Counted from the stretch's first letter, positions 9,236 through 19,173 are shown. The stretch is DNA of 64,000 nucleotides from an uncultured delta proteobacterium (GCA_963832165.1 CAWHTE010000011.1:640001-704000), one strand, 5' to 3'. Numbers and translations: made by a program. The notes: generated by a model not told the origin, from the sequence alone.

Positions 9236-10039
9236 TCAGGACGGACTCGGTTCGTCCGCCGGAATACACGCTTGCAGGATCTCGCGCAGGCCCTGCTCGA
9301 CGGCGGGGTCGTCGCTCAGCGCATCGACTATCGCGGCCTGCGCTGCCTCGCGCACCCAGAGCCCCGCCGCCACGAGCTTGCCCGCGGCCACGAGCAGCCG
9401 CGTGGATGCGACCTCGCGCAGCAGACTCGCGTCGAGCCTGCGAATGGCTCGGGCGAGAGCGACGAGCTGGGTGCTCCTGGTGCGATCGATCCCGGTCTCG
9501 CTCCGGACGATCTCGATTTCGATCTCTTCGGGCGGAAAGTCGAACTCGATCGCGACGAGGCGCTGGCGCGTCGAATCCTTGAGCTCCTTGAGCACGCTCT
9601 GGTAGCCCGGGTTGTACGAGAGCACCAGGCCGAATCCCGGTGCCGCATCGAGCGTGACTCCGAGCCGTTCGATCGGGAGCTGTCGGCGGTGATCGGAGAG
9701 AGGGTGCAGCACGACGACGGTGTCCTGACGCGCCTCAACCACCTCGTCGAGGTAGCAGAGGGCCCCCTCTCTCACCGCCCGCGTGAGCGGCCCGTCTTCC
9801 CATACCGTCTCTCCGCCTTTCAACAGGAAGCGGCCGACGAGATCGGCTGCGGAGAGATCCTCGTGACACGCTACCGTGATCAAAGGCCGGCCGAGGTCGT
9901 GTGCCATCGCCTCGAGGAAACGCGTCTTGCCGCAACCAGTGGGCCCCTTGAGCACCACGGCGAGACGCGAGAGCATCGCCGCTTTGAACACCCGGTCCTC
10001 GTTGCGCACCGTCACGTAGTACGGCCGCGATCTCGCCAT
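9236..10039 (-). CDS. CbbQ/NirQ/NorQ-family MoxR AAA+ ATPase
   Basis: Walker A GPTGCGKT; CHEDL; Walker B CYLDEVVEARQD; SYNPGYQ; STRQR; AGGAG RBS before ATG 10039. Confidence 0.93.
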   Translation of the reverse strand: MARSRPYYVTVRNEDRVFKAAMLSRLAVVLKGPTGCGKTRFLEAMAHDLGRPLITVACHEDLSAADLVGRFLLKGGETVWEDGPLTRAVREGALCYLDEVVEARQDTVVVLHPLSDHRRQLPIERLGVTLDAAPGFGLVLSYNPGYQSVLKELKDSTRQRLVAIEFDFPPEEIEIEIVRSETGIDRTRSTQLVALARAIRRLDASLLREVASTRLLVAAGKLVAAGLWVREAAQAAIVDALSDDPAVEQGLREILQACIPADEPSPS

Positions 10040-10049
10040 CGATCTCTCC

Positions 10050-11726
10050 TTACGCCGCGGCCCGCCCCCCGCGCACCTCGGCGAGCGCGTGGCGCAGCAG
10101 GACGGGCAGGCGATCCACCAGCTCGGAGAAGGAGACCGCGCTGGCATGAGCTGCGGTGCCGAACACACGCCGCAGCGCGGCGTCGCTCTCCGACGAGCCC
10201 AGGCTCAGACACAGACACGCCACGCCACGCGCACGCGCTTCCTCGAGCGCGCGGCGCGCGTCCGCCTCGGCGTACACACCCTCGTAGTCGATGTCGAACG
10301 CGAAGCCGTCGGACAGCACGAGGAGCAGGCGCTCCCGGGTCCCGGCCTCGTCGAACAGCACCGAGGAGGCATGCCTCACGGCAGCACCGAGCCGCGTGAA
10401 TCCCTCACTGCGCACCTTCAGCAGCCGCTCGATTCCCGCGGCCGGCGAATGCTCCAGGAACGAGAGCAGCCGCTCGAGGCACACCCAGCTGCGGCCATGG
10501 GATCGGAACGCATACGCTGCGACGGCTACTCCGAGCGACGAGAAGGCCCGGATCAGCCGCGCAGCGGCGTCGATCTGGAGTGCGAGGACCGGCACTCCGG
10601 AAGACGAAGGATCCGACGTGGAACCCGATACGTCGAGCAGCAGCAGCACACCAAAGTTGCGGGCGCGACGCCGTAGGCCAACATAGACGTGCTCCTCGGC
10701 CGTTGCGGCTGCGCGCGCCCTCACGTCCACGATCCGCGAGACGACGGCGTCGAGATCGAGGTCGTCGCCGTCGCGCTGTCGCCGTTCGCGCCGCAGCGAC
10801 AGGCCGACGCGTACTAGTCGGCGCTGCAGGCCCGCATCGGCCACGTTCAGCTCGCCGATTCCCGCGCGGTCGCTCGGGGCGATCTCGTAGACCGTGCACC
10901 AGTCGGGACGGTAGGTCGCGCGGCGCACGTCGTACTCGGGATGGCGAGCGGCTCGCGTCGGCACGGGTGCGTCGGGCGGCGCACGATGGCTCGCGAACGA
11001 TAGGAACGCGGCCGGGCGCCGGCCGGGCCCCGGCGCGCCTGCGCGCGCGTCTCCGGGCAGGAACGGATGGCCCCCCGTCTCGGCACCCGGGCTCGTCGAG
11101 CCGGCACCGCGCTCGAGGCCGAGCAGTCTTCGCGTCCACTCGGCGAGCGCGCCGTCGACGAGTCCGGATCGGCGGCCCTTGCGCTCCGCCGCGTCGCCGT
11201 CGGTGCGGAACTCGAGCGCCGGCGGAGGCGTCTCCGGCGCGAACCGTTTCAACGCGCCGAGGTCGAGCGATCCGAACAGCGCGTCGTCGCTGGGTACCGG
11301 ATGTCGGCTGCGCGTCCAGTCCAGCGATGCCGCGGCCGAATCGGTCACGGGCCGCACTGCGACGCGCGAGTCGATCTGTGCACGAAGCCCGGGGAAGCGC
11401 CGCTGCAGCTCGCGGCACACGCGATGGCCTTCGAGCGCGAGATAGCGCGGGGCGTCGCGGCGCCGGAGCTGTCGCAAGATCTCCGGAGCGAGGGATCCCG
11501 AGCCGATCAACGCGGCCTGGACGGCCACGACCGCGCGAAGTGCGTCGGGCGCGAGCGAGTCCGGAGCGAATACCACCGCCCCATCGGTGAATGCGCGGGG
11601 CAAGCGCTCGACGAACTCGACGGTCATGCGGCGACCGGCGATCGCAGTCGCCAGGGGACCGAAGCTGCGGCCGGTGTCCACCTCCACGTCGGAGACGCTA
11701 CCAAAGCTCGCCTCGAGGCGGGTCAA
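10050..11726 (-). CDS. NorD/CbbO-like VWA-domain protein
   Basis: HPEYD..RATYRPDWC; DGDDLDLDA; MIDAS DVSGST; FTRLGAAVRHA; LVLSDG. TTG start overlaps the upstream TGA. Confidence 0.87.
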   Translation of the reverse strand: MTRLEASFGSVSDVEVDTGRSFGPLATAIAGRRMTVEFVERLPRAFTDGAVVFAPDSLAPDALRAVVAVQAALIGSGSLAPEILRQLRRRDAPRYLALEGHRVCRELQRRFPGLRAQIDSRVAVRPVTDSAAASLDWTRSRHPVPSDDALFGSLDLGALKRFAPETPPPALEFRTDGDAAERKGRRSGLVDGALAEWTRRLLGLERGAGSTSPGAETGGHPFLPGDARAGAPGPGRRPAAFLSFASHRAPPDAPVPTRAARHPEYDVRRATYRPDWCTVYEIAPSDRAGIGELNVADAGLQRRLVRVGLSLRRERRQRDGDDLDLDAVVSRIVDVRARAAATAEEHVYVGLRRRARNFGVLLLLDVSGSTSDPSSSGVPVLALQIDAAARLIRAFSSLGVAVAAYAFRSHGRSWVCLERLLSFLEHSPAAGIERLLKVRSEGFTRLGAAVRHASSVLFDEAGTRERLLLVLSDGFAFDIDYEGVYAEADARRALEEARARGVACLCLSLGSSESDAALRRVFGTAAHASAVSFSELVDRLPVLLRHALAEVRGGRAAA

Positions 11727-12607
11727 GGCAGCGCTGCGAGGTGCCGCGATACGTCTCCGATCAGGTCCATCGCGATCTCGCGCTCCTCGAACTGCCACCC
11801 GTGCGCGCCGAGCTCGAAGCGGTCCAGGTAACGGCCCACTACGATCGCCTGCAGCGGGAAGTCTGGCAGGCACTGGAACACCGTGAAAGTGGTTCGGGTC
11901 TCGGCGCGCTCGCCGTCGGACGCCAGCGTCACAATCGTGTTCGTGTTCACGTGGCGCGTGCCTGGAGTGCCGTCGTAGAAGCGCATCGACTTCGAAACGA
12001 GCTCGCGTACCGCGGCCGACCCGTTCGCCGCCGTGTCGGTGCCCGCGACACGCAACGCGCCGCTCGCGAAGAGCTGCGCGAAGCCATCGACGTCACCCGA
12101 ATCCAGTAGCTCCGCGTAGCGGTAGATCAGGGTGCGGATCGATTCGACGTCGCGCGATCGGTCCCCAGCGTCGATGCGCCGCAGGCGGAACACTGGAATC
12201 GCCGGGCGGCTCGTGCGCTGCTCGTACGTCGAGAACCGCTCGACTCGGCGCTTTCCTTGTTCCCAGAGGCTGCCGCGTTCGGGTTCCGGCACGAGCGTGG
12301 CGCGCACGCGAAAGCGCTCGGCGCCGATCTGTACTTCGGCCTCGCGATGCGCCCGCAGGTTGTGATACCACGCGGGATTGCGGTCCGACGCGTTGTCGGT
12401 CGCGAAGATCACCCAATCCTCGCCATGACGCAGGTAGATCAGCGGGGTCGTGCGCGGCTCGCTCGACCGGGCCCCGCGCGTGGTGAGCAGCATCGTGTCG
12501 GCGCCGAGCGTGCGGCCTCCGATTCGTCCGCGCGTCAACTGATAAGCGGTTCGCTGAGCGACGATGAAGCTCCGCAACAGCGGGTTGGCGTACGAACCGG
12601 AGCTCAC
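11723..12607 (-). CDS. Fusion of a deazaflavin-dependent nitroreductase (Ddn/FDOR-A) domain and a SnoaL/NTF2-like domain
   Basis: N-half LLTTRGARSSEPRTTPL..NPAWYHNL..YEQRTSR; C-half IYRYAELLDSGD..TRHVNTN..GRYLDRF. Confidence 0.85.
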   Translation of the reverse strand: MSSGSYANPLLRSFIVAQRTAYQLTRGRIGGRTLGADTMLLTTRGARSSEPRTTPLIYLRHGEDWVIFATDNASDRNPAWYHNLRAHREAEVQIGAERFRVRATLVPEPERGSLWEQGKRRVERFSTYEQRTSRPAIPVFRLRRIDAGDRSRDVESIRTLIYRYAELLDSGDVDGFAQLFASGALRVAGTDTAANGSAAVRELVSKSMRFYDGTPGTRHVNTNTIVTLASDGERAETRTTFTVFQCLPDFPLQAIVVGRYLDRFELGAHGWQFEEREIAMDLIGDVSRHLAALP

Positions 12608-12614
12608 GTCGGCC

Positions 12615-13751
12615 TCATCGGCTGCCGGCGCCCGTAGAATCGCAGGAGAGCTGCTGGACCGCGGCGTCTAGCAGGGCCCCGCTATCCGCCGCGCGTGCGG
12701 GGTCCGCCATCGCCGTGACGTCCATGAGCGTCACGTGATCGAGTCCTGCCGCGCGATACTGCTCGATGATCGCGACGAGATCGTCCGGCGTGCCATGGAA
12801 GAGTACCTGTTGCACGAGCTCGTCAGGGACGCGATCGATGAGCGTCAGCAGCTCCTCCGTGGTGTGATCGCTCGCGAGAAGCTCTCGGATGCCGGTCCAA
12901 TGGGTCCCTTTCGGGTGCTCGTATCCAGCTCGCTCGAACGTTCCGGCGGGTTGCAGGAAGACCAGGTATTTCAGGATCGGATTGCGCAGCAGCTCGATGC
13001 ACGCGTCGGCGCGATCGGCCAGCACGCAGTAATGCACGAGGGAGTAGGTCAACGACGCCGGGTCGCGCCCCGCTTCGACGGCCGCCTTGTGGATGATTGC
13101 GACGGATCGTGCGTACTCGGCAGGGGTCAGGTACCAGGGGGACCAGCCGTCGCCGAAGCGACCCGTGAGCTGCAGCGTACGAGGTCCGTTCGCCGCGATC
13201 CAAATCGGCGGGTAACGACCCGGCGTGAACGGGCCGAGGCCGCACGCAGCGTCGCGCAGCTGGAAGAATTCGCCCTCGTAGTCGACGCAGCCGTCGGACT
13301 CCCAGAGCAGGCGAATCACCTCGAGCGCCTCCTCGAGCCGCGACACGGGCTTCGCGTAGGGAAGTCCGTACGGAGTCAGGTTCTCCGGCTCACCCGAACC
13401 AATGCCAAGGATGGCGCGCCCGCGTGTCAGGTGATCGAGCGTGAGCCATTCCTGAGCGAGCATCGCGGGGTGACGCCGGATCGACTCCGTGACGCCGGTA
13501 CCCAGGCGGATGCGATCGGTGTGCACGCCCGCCGCGGCTATACACGCTACGGTGTCGAAGAACATGTGGGGACTGTTCGCGAGCGCGGCCGCGGGCGTGA
13601 CTTCCGGGGTCCAGAGGGCGTCGGGGAGTCCCATCAGGTGATCGGCCCAGAGCAGGGCGTCGTACCCGCGGCGTTCGTAGGAGCGGCAAGTCTCGAGAAA
13701 GCTCTCGGCCGGCAGGAATGCAGGCCCGATCGCTGCGACCGGTATCGACAT
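12615..13751 (-). CDS. LLM-class oxidoreductase, probably F420-dependent (phthiodiolone ketoreductase Rv2951c-like)
   Basis: WADHL; GVTESIRRHPAMLAQEWLTLDHLTRGRAILGIGSGEPENLTPYG; GGAGG RBS before ATG 13751. Confidence 0.82.
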   Translation of the reverse strand: MSIPVAAIGPAFLPAESFLETCRSYERRGYDALLWADHLMGLPDALWTPEVTPAAALANSPHMFFDTVACIAAAGVHTDRIRLGTGVTESIRRHPAMLAQEWLTLDHLTRGRAILGIGSGEPENLTPYGLPYAKPVSRLEEALEVIRLLWESDGCVDYEGEFFQLRDAACGLGPFTPGRYPPIWIAANGPRTLQLTGRFGDGWSPWYLTPAEYARSVAIIHKAAVEAGRDPASLTYSLVHYCVLADRADACIELLRNPILKYLVFLQPAGTFERAGYEHPKGTHWTGIRELLASDHTTEELLTLIDRVPDELVQQVLFHGTPDDLVAIIEQYRAAGLDHVTLMDVTAMADPARAADSGALLDAAVQQLSCDSTGAGSR

Positions 13752-13791
13752 CGGCACCTCCGGCCATGGCGACGCCACCGTGACCGTGTCA

Positions 13792-13809
13792 TTATGTACT
13801 CATCTGTAC
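13792..13809. promoter_or_regulatory. Candidate operator, degenerate copy (core ACTCATCTGT)
   Basis: TTATGTACTCATCTGTAC(A) contains the palindrome TGTAC-N6-GTACA and lies between minus-strand TTGCCT and CATAAT boxes (18 nt spacer). Confidence 0.45.
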
Positions 13810-13895
13810 AATAAAGGCAATCGCTTTCACCGGCTTTCGTGCCGGGTGATCGCGTGGCCACTGATCCCGACCCGGGCCACCGAGGAGCCGAGACC

Positions 13896-14888
13896 GTGTC
13901 CAGACGACGTTCCTCGCAGAGCGAAATCGCCGAGACGATCGACCGATTGGCGATCCTCGATCTGTGTGCGCGCTACACCCATTCGGGCAACGCGCGCGAC
14001 GCCGGTGGTCATTCCGGCACGTTCACGAGCGACGGCGTGCTCGAGACGATCGACGAGAACGGTAAGCCGATCGAAGGATGGGTGATGCGCGGCCCCGCGG
14101 CGGTGGCGGATCTGGTGCGCCGTTCACCGCCCGGGTCGGTCGAGATCACCGGTGATCCGATCATCGAGATCGATGGCGACAGCGCCTCCGGCAGGTCGTC
14201 GTTCCTGTTCGGGATGCGCTCGCCGGATCGCAATCAATTCCGTTTCGTCACTACGGGTCGCTACCGCGACCAGTTCCGTCGCACCGAGGCCGGCTGGCGA
14301 ATCGCCCGCCGCACGGTGGAGCTCGACATCGGGATCGACCGCTTCATCGAGGCGATCTCGTCCACCGTGGATCCGGCGGCATCGGCGGTCATGCGCGATC
14401 CCGACGTTCAGAGACTTCTCGACATCGAGGACATCAAGCAGCTCAAGGCTCGCTACTTCCGCTGCATCGATCGCAAGCTCTGGTCGGAGTGGCACACGAT
14501 CTTCGCGCCCGACGCGGTCACGCGCGGACAGGGCTTCGAGATCCGCGGGCTCGAGACCCTGGTCGCGTTCACGAAGGATCGGGTCGACGACGCCGTCACT
14601 GTACACCACGGCCATCAGGTCGAGATCTGGTTCGACGATGATCGCCACGCGCGCGCGATCTGGGCGATGCAGGACATCGTGCAGTTCGACACCGGCGCGG
14701 AGCCCCAGGGTTTTCGCGGTTATGGGCACTACGAGGACTCTTACGTGAAGCTCGACGTGGGCTGGCGGATTACGTCGTGCGAGCTCGTGAGACACCTCAC
14801 CCACAAGCTTCCGGGCGGATATCCCGCTCACTGGCTCGAGAAGAAGCCGGGAGCGTACAGCGAACCGACCCAGTCCGTTACGCGTTAG
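13896..14888 (+). CDS. Tandem double SnoaL/NTF2-like domain protein
   Basis: Domain 1 DRLAILDLCARY..GRYRDQF..WRI; domain 2 DIEDIKQLKARYFRCID..TVHHGH..GYGHYED (LinA/BaiE-like). GAGGAG precedes GTG. Confidence 0.85.
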   Translation: MSRRRSSQSEIAETIDRLAILDLCARYTHSGNARDAGGHSGTFTSDGVLETIDENGKPIEGWVMRGPAAVADLVRRSPPGSVEITGDPIIEIDGDSASGRSSFLFGMRSPDRNQFRFVTTGRYRDQFRRTEAGWRIARRTVELDIGIDRFIEAISSTVDPAASAVMRDPDVQRLLDIEDIKQLKARYFRCIDRKLWSEWHTIFAPDAVTRGQGFEIRGLETLVAFTKDRVDDAVTVHHGHQVEIWFDDDRHARAIWAMQDIVQFDTGAEPQGFRGYGHYEDSYVKLDVGWRITSCELVRHLTHKLPGGYPAHWLEKKPGAYSEPTQSVTR

Positions 14889-15870
14889 GTGGGTTCCGTG
14901 CGCGTGGGCCTGCAGATCGACATGCGTAATCCGGTCGAGCGGCGGCGGCCCTCGACCGAGCACTTCGCTAGCCGGCTCGATCGCCTCACAGAGGACGATC
15001 GTCTCGGCTGCGACGCGGTCTGGTTACCCGAGCACCACCTGTTCGACGATGGATACCTCGCGCAGCCGCTCGCGTTCGCGGCGGCGATCGCGGTTCGCAC
15101 CAAGCGCATGCGCATCGGCACGGCGGTTCTGCTGGCGCCGCTGCGGCCGCCGATCCTGATCGCGGAGGAGGCGGCCCTCGTCGACATCCTGAGCGGCGGC
15201 CGTGTCGAGCTCGGGATCGGCGCGGGCTACCGCAACACCGAGTACCACGCGTTCGGCGCCGACCACGCGGGACGCTTCGACGCGCTTCGAGCCTGTCTTC
15301 GCGAGTTTCCTCGGCTCTTCGCGCAGGTGACGCCGCCGCCCGTGCAGCGTCCGGTCCCGTTCTGGCTCGGAACGAACACCGCGCGTGGCGCGCGCGAGGC
15401 GGGCCGCAACGGAGCGGGTCTGCTCAACTGCGAGCCCGCAGATCCTGGGCCGTACTACAAGGGTCTCGCGGAGGCGGGCCGCGAGCCGCGCGACGCACGC
15501 ATGGCGGCCTGGACGTTTGCGATCCTGGCCGACGACCGGAAGCCGCCTACGACCGGATCGCGCCGCACTACATGTACGTCGTCAATTCCTATCGGCGTTA
15601 CATGGTCGAGGGCACCGGCAAGCCCGAGCCGCCGCTGCTGCCCGCGTCGGAGGCGCGCAGATTTCGCAGCAGTATGCTGCCGCGCTCGAAGTGCTTACGC
15701 CCGATCAGGCGGTCGCACGGATCCGTCGGATCACCGGCGGATTGCCAGTCACGGACGTCTGGTTCTACGCCGACTTCGGCGCGATGCCGTCGGACATCGT
15801 CGATCGGCACCTGGAGCTATTGTTCGGCGTGCTGCGGCCCCCGCTGCAGCAGACTGCCCGCTCGACCTAG
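14889..15870 (+). pseudogene. LLM-class oxidoreductase with two frameshifts (pseudogene or sequence error)
   Basis: PEHHLFDDGYLAQP N-terminus. Homology with 40225..41214 continues only after frame changes near 15536 (DD[P]EAAYDRIAPH) and near 15682 (LEVLTPDQA..RHLEL). Confidence 0.8.
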
Positions 15871-16202
15871 CGCGCAGGGCCGCCGGAGGCGAAGAAGATC
15901 AGCAGCTCCATGTCCTCGTCGATTTCCACGAAGGAGTGCTCCGAGGTCGCTGCGACGTAGAGCACCGCTCCCGGCCCGACCGGGCGATCCACGCCGTCGA
16001 TGCGGACCCGCGCGCGACCGGCGAGCACGTAGTACACCTCGTCCTCGTCGTGCGGCGCCTGCAGATCGTTCGCACCGGCGCGCAACCGATAGATCCCGCA
16101 CGAGAGCGTAGGCACGCGCAGGAACTCCAGGTAGGGCACCGTAGACCGGTGCATGCGGTTGCGGACTTCGTCCAGCTGGAAGATCTGCCACGAGCTGCTC
16201 AC
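15867..16202 (-). CDS. Cupin-domain protein
   Basis: YLEFLRVPTLSCGIY; PHDEDEVYYV; EHSF. GTGA overlap with the upstream stop. Confidence 0.88.
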   Translation of the reverse strand: MSSSWQIFQLDEVRNRMHRSTVPYLEFLRVPTLSCGIYRLRAGANDLQAPHDEDEVYYVLAGRARVRIDGVDRPVGPGAVLYVAATSEHSFVEIDEDMELLIFFASGGPAR

Positions 16203-17410
16203 GATGGATCCGGTGCGCGCTCCACATCGAATCGAGGCATGACCTTCTCGGCGAACGTTTCGAGCGATCGCATCTGCACGTCGCGGGGAACGCGGCCGGT
16301 CCACGTTAGAAGGAGCAGGTGATCGGCGCTGGTGCCCTGGAGATGGTCCTCGATCTTGCGCGTGATCTCGTCCGGACTTCCGGCCAGCGTGAAGTTCGAG
16401 TCGACCAGATCCTGGTAGCGATACTCCCGCGGGCCCGGCGGATCGTCGGGCCGACGGAACAGCTCGCGGAACATCCACGGGTAGTAGCGGCCGTAGAGTC
16501 CCTCGCACGCCGCCGCATCGTAGCGGCGCGCCTCGTCGCCATCGGGAAGGCAGATGAACGGTCGCTGATAGGCGACGCCCTCGCCGAACGCACGCGAATG
16601 GCCGGCCGCGGCCGATTCCTCCTGGAAGATGGTCTGGAAGTAGCGCTGCTGCTCGGGATCGACGAGTCCGAGCGCCAGGTTCATGCCCTCTCGGCCCGCC
16701 CAACGCACGGTCGACTCCGAGAACGAGAAGGCCTGCCAGCGCACCGGCATCTTCCGCTTCGGAAGCTTCGGGACGACGCCGAGCTCCGTGACGATCCCCT
16801 GCGGCGTCACACCGCGTCCGTGCACGAAGGTGAGCTCGTTCTCCCAGACCAGGTTCTTGGGCGGGATCTGGTAGAACTCGCCGTCGAAGCTGACGAAGTC
16901 GTTGCGCAGAGCCGCCATCAGGATCTGATAGCTCTCCATGAACGCCCGGCGGTTCGCCTCGTCGCCTTCCGAGCGATCCGAGCTCGCACCCGCCACGTTC
17001 TTGGGTGCGATCGGCGTCACTTCGCGGCTCTGGAACCCCCGCACGAAGCCGAGCTCGAGACGGTCACCGAACATGTGGGCGGTCGTCGCGATGTCTTCTG
17101 CGAGCCGGAGCGGATTCCAGCACGCGAGCGAGAGTCCGAGCTGGCCGAGCTTGATGCGCTTCGTGTTCATCCCGATCCAGATGTCGAGCAACAACGGGTT
17201 GTGGGAGACCTCGAATCCTTCGACGCTGAAGTGGTGCTCGGCGAAGTAGAAGCCCCAGAATCCGGCATCTTCGACGAACTTCGCCTGGAGCTTCAGGTCC
17301 TCCATCATGTACGCGTACTGATCGGGGTCGTTTCCGAGCAGTGGGTTGCGGCGATATGCGTCCGGGTCACCGGAGCCGAGCTGAGGGAATCCGAACAGGC
17401 TGAACTTCAT
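16199..17410 (-). CDS. LLM-class oxidoreductase, third member of the 482/1713 subfamily
   Basis: MKFSLFGFPQLGSGDP; FAEHHF; WNPLRLAEDIA; RWQAFSFS. Confidence 0.92.
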   Translation of the reverse strand: MKFSLFGFPQLGSGDPDAYRRNPLLGNDPDQYAYMMEDLKLQAKFVEDAGFWGFYFAEHHFSVEGFEVSHNPLLLDIWIGMNTKRIKLGQLGLSLACWNPLRLAEDIATTAHMFGDRLELGFVRGFQSREVTPIAPKNVAGASSDRSEGDEANRRAFMESYQILMAALRNDFVSFDGEFYQIPPKNLVWENELTFVHGRGVTPQGIVTELGVVPKLPKRKMPVRWQAFSFSESTVRWAGREGMNLALGLVDPEQQRYFQTIFQEESAAAGHSRAFGEGVAYQRPFICLPDGDEARRYDAAACEGLYGRYYPWMFRELFRRPDDPPGPREYRYQDLVDSNFTLAGSPDEITRKIEDHLQGTSADHLLLLTWTGRVPRDVQMRSLETFAEKVMPRFDVERAPDPS

Positions 17411-17447
17411 GAGGGATGCTCCTGTTTGCTCGACGGTTTGGCGAATG

Positions 17448-17870
17448 TCAGGGATGCCGCGGCATGCGTGGCGGGAGCGCGAGGTCCTCGTCGCGCCGCC
17501 GTGTCGCAACGCGGTGTCGGATTCGCCAACCGTCGGCGGTCTCGACCACGACATCCTCGTAGAGACCCGTGCTGACGTGCCCTGCGGCGAGCACGCCGAT
17601 GATCTTGCTCGTGACGCGAACCGTGCCGTCAGGCGATCGCTGTACCACGATGTTCGTGATGTGGTGGGCGAGCGGATGCTGCGCGGTGGCGAAGAAGCCG
17701 CGCATCGCGGGGAGCCCCTCCAGCGCGGGCAGTCCGACGGAGGAGACGTCGTAGACCGCGTCCTCTGTGAATACCTCGGACAGGCCGTCCCAATCGGCGC
17801 CATCCATCAAATGCCCGAACTGACCCAGCAGCTGGTGGATGGCGAGGATGTCGTCGGGGGCGAGCCGCAC
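17448..17870 (-). CDS. SnoaL/NTF2-like protein
   Basis: DILAIHQLLGQFGHLMD; HHITN; GLYEDVV..GWRI. Confidence 0.85.
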   Translation of the reverse strand: MRLAPDDILAIHQLLGQFGHLMDGADWDGLSEVFTEDAVYDVSSVGLPALEGLPAMRGFFATAQHPLAHHITNIVVQRSPDGTVRVTSKIIGVLAAGHVSTGLYEDVVVETADGWRIRHRVATRRRDEDLALPPRMPRHP

Positions 17871-17941
17871 GGCTGGATTATCTCACACAAAAGCACGAAA
17901 ATGGTTTCACATGGTCATCCGGCCGATCGCAGGGTAGGTCG

Positions 17942-18361
17942 ATGCACGTACCGTTCGGTGGCGGATGCTGCTGTCGCGCGATCCGCTACTTGTGTCGCGC
18001 AGCCCCCGAAACCGCGCTCCATTGCTACTGCCGGCATTGTCAGCGCGCGACGGGCGGTGCGTGCGCCACGGTGATCGTGGTGCCGGCGGCAGCGCTGGCG
18101 ATCGTGTGCGGTGAACCGGCCGCGTACGATGTGCGAGCGGATAGCGGTCACACCGCGCGGCGTCAGTTCTGCCGGACCTGTGGTTCGCCTCTGTTCGCGG
18201 GCTCGCTCGCCCATCCGGAATCCATCGGCGTCTACGCCGCCACGCTCGACGATGGGAGCGGTGTCGAACCCGCGCTCAACATCTGGACGAGCAGCCGGCC
18301 GGCCTGGGCGAGGCCCTACGTCGGACTGCCTAACCTCGAGCGCGGCAGGCCACGGCGCTGA
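17942..18361 (+). CDS. GFA (Mss4-like Zn-binding) family protein
   Basis: GGCCCRAIRY; CYCRHCQR; FCRTCGSPL. Confidence 0.9.
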   Translation: MHVPFGGGCCCRAIRYLCRAAPETALHCYCRHCQRATGGACATVIVVPAAALAIVCGEPAAYDVRADSGHTARRQFCRTCGSPLFAGSLAHPESIGVYAATLDDGSGVEPALNIWTSSRPAWARPYVGLPNLERGRPRR

Positions 18362-18369
18362 CGGGGCGC

Positions 18370-19173
18370 CTACTCGGGAGAGAAGCTTGCCGCGACGCGG
18401 GCTGCGAGGCGGTAGGGGCCCCGTTGCATGAATGCGGTCAGCACGCGCGAGAAGCGACCATGGGAGACCAATCGCTTGCCGGCCATGCACGCATCATAGG
18501 CTTCCGTCGCCACCTGCTCTGGGGTGAGCCTCATGTATCGCATGGCTCCGCTGTTCAGGTGCGCGCTCCAGGGCGTGTCATCGAAGATCTCGGTATCGGT
18601 GTAGCCGGGAAGGCTGGCTGTCGCATGGACGCCCTCTGCGGCGTACTCCGCGGCAATCGACTCCGAGAGCCGGATCACGAGCGCTTTCACGCCTGCGTAG
18701 AGCGTCGCGCGCGGCGAGCCGGGAAAGTAGCCGGACGGCGATGCCACCTGAACGATGCGGCCGAAGCGGCGTTCGACCATTCCGCGCAACAAACGATAGG
18801 TGAGCTCACATGGCGCGACGGCCATCACCTGGAGCATCTGCTGCTGCTCGGACCATGGATGGTCCAAGTAGCGCCCGTAGAGGCTGAAGCCGGCGTTGTT
18901 GACCAGGAAGTCGACGTGTAGGCCGCGCCGTCCGAGATCGCTCTCGATGGCCGCCGGCGCCGCGGGGTCGGAGAGGTCTGCGATGAGCGGGACGGCGTCG
19001 ACACCGCAGCGAGACGAGAGCGTCTTGGTCAGTGTCTCGAGTCGATCGGCGCGGCGCGCGACGGCCACAACCGCCCAGCCACGTTCCGCGAGGTGCTCGG
19101 CGAAGGCGCGCCCAATCCCCGACGATGCACCGGTGACGAGCGCCGTACGCCCGGCTCCCTCGCGTACGTTCAC
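18370..19173 (-). CDS. Short-chain dehydrogenase/reductase
   Basis: TGASSGIG; NNAG; YAGVK. Confidence 0.92.
   Translation of the reverse strand: MNVREGAGRTALVTGASSGIGRAFAEHLAERGWAVVAVARRADRLETLTKTLSSRCGVDAVPLIADLSDPAAPAAIESDLGRRGLHVDFLVNNAGFSLYGRYLDHPWSEQQQMLQVMAVAPCELTYRLLRGMVERRFGRIVQVASPSGYFPGSPRATLYAGVKALVIRLSESIAAEYAAEGVHATASLPGYTDTEIFDDTPWSAHLNSGAMRYMRLTPEQVATEAYDACMAGKRLVSHGRFSRVLTAFMQRGPYRLAARVAASFSPE

Noticed and set aside
9236..11726. Denitrification or carbon fixation locus
   Set aside because: No structural nor, nir or cbb genes in the window.
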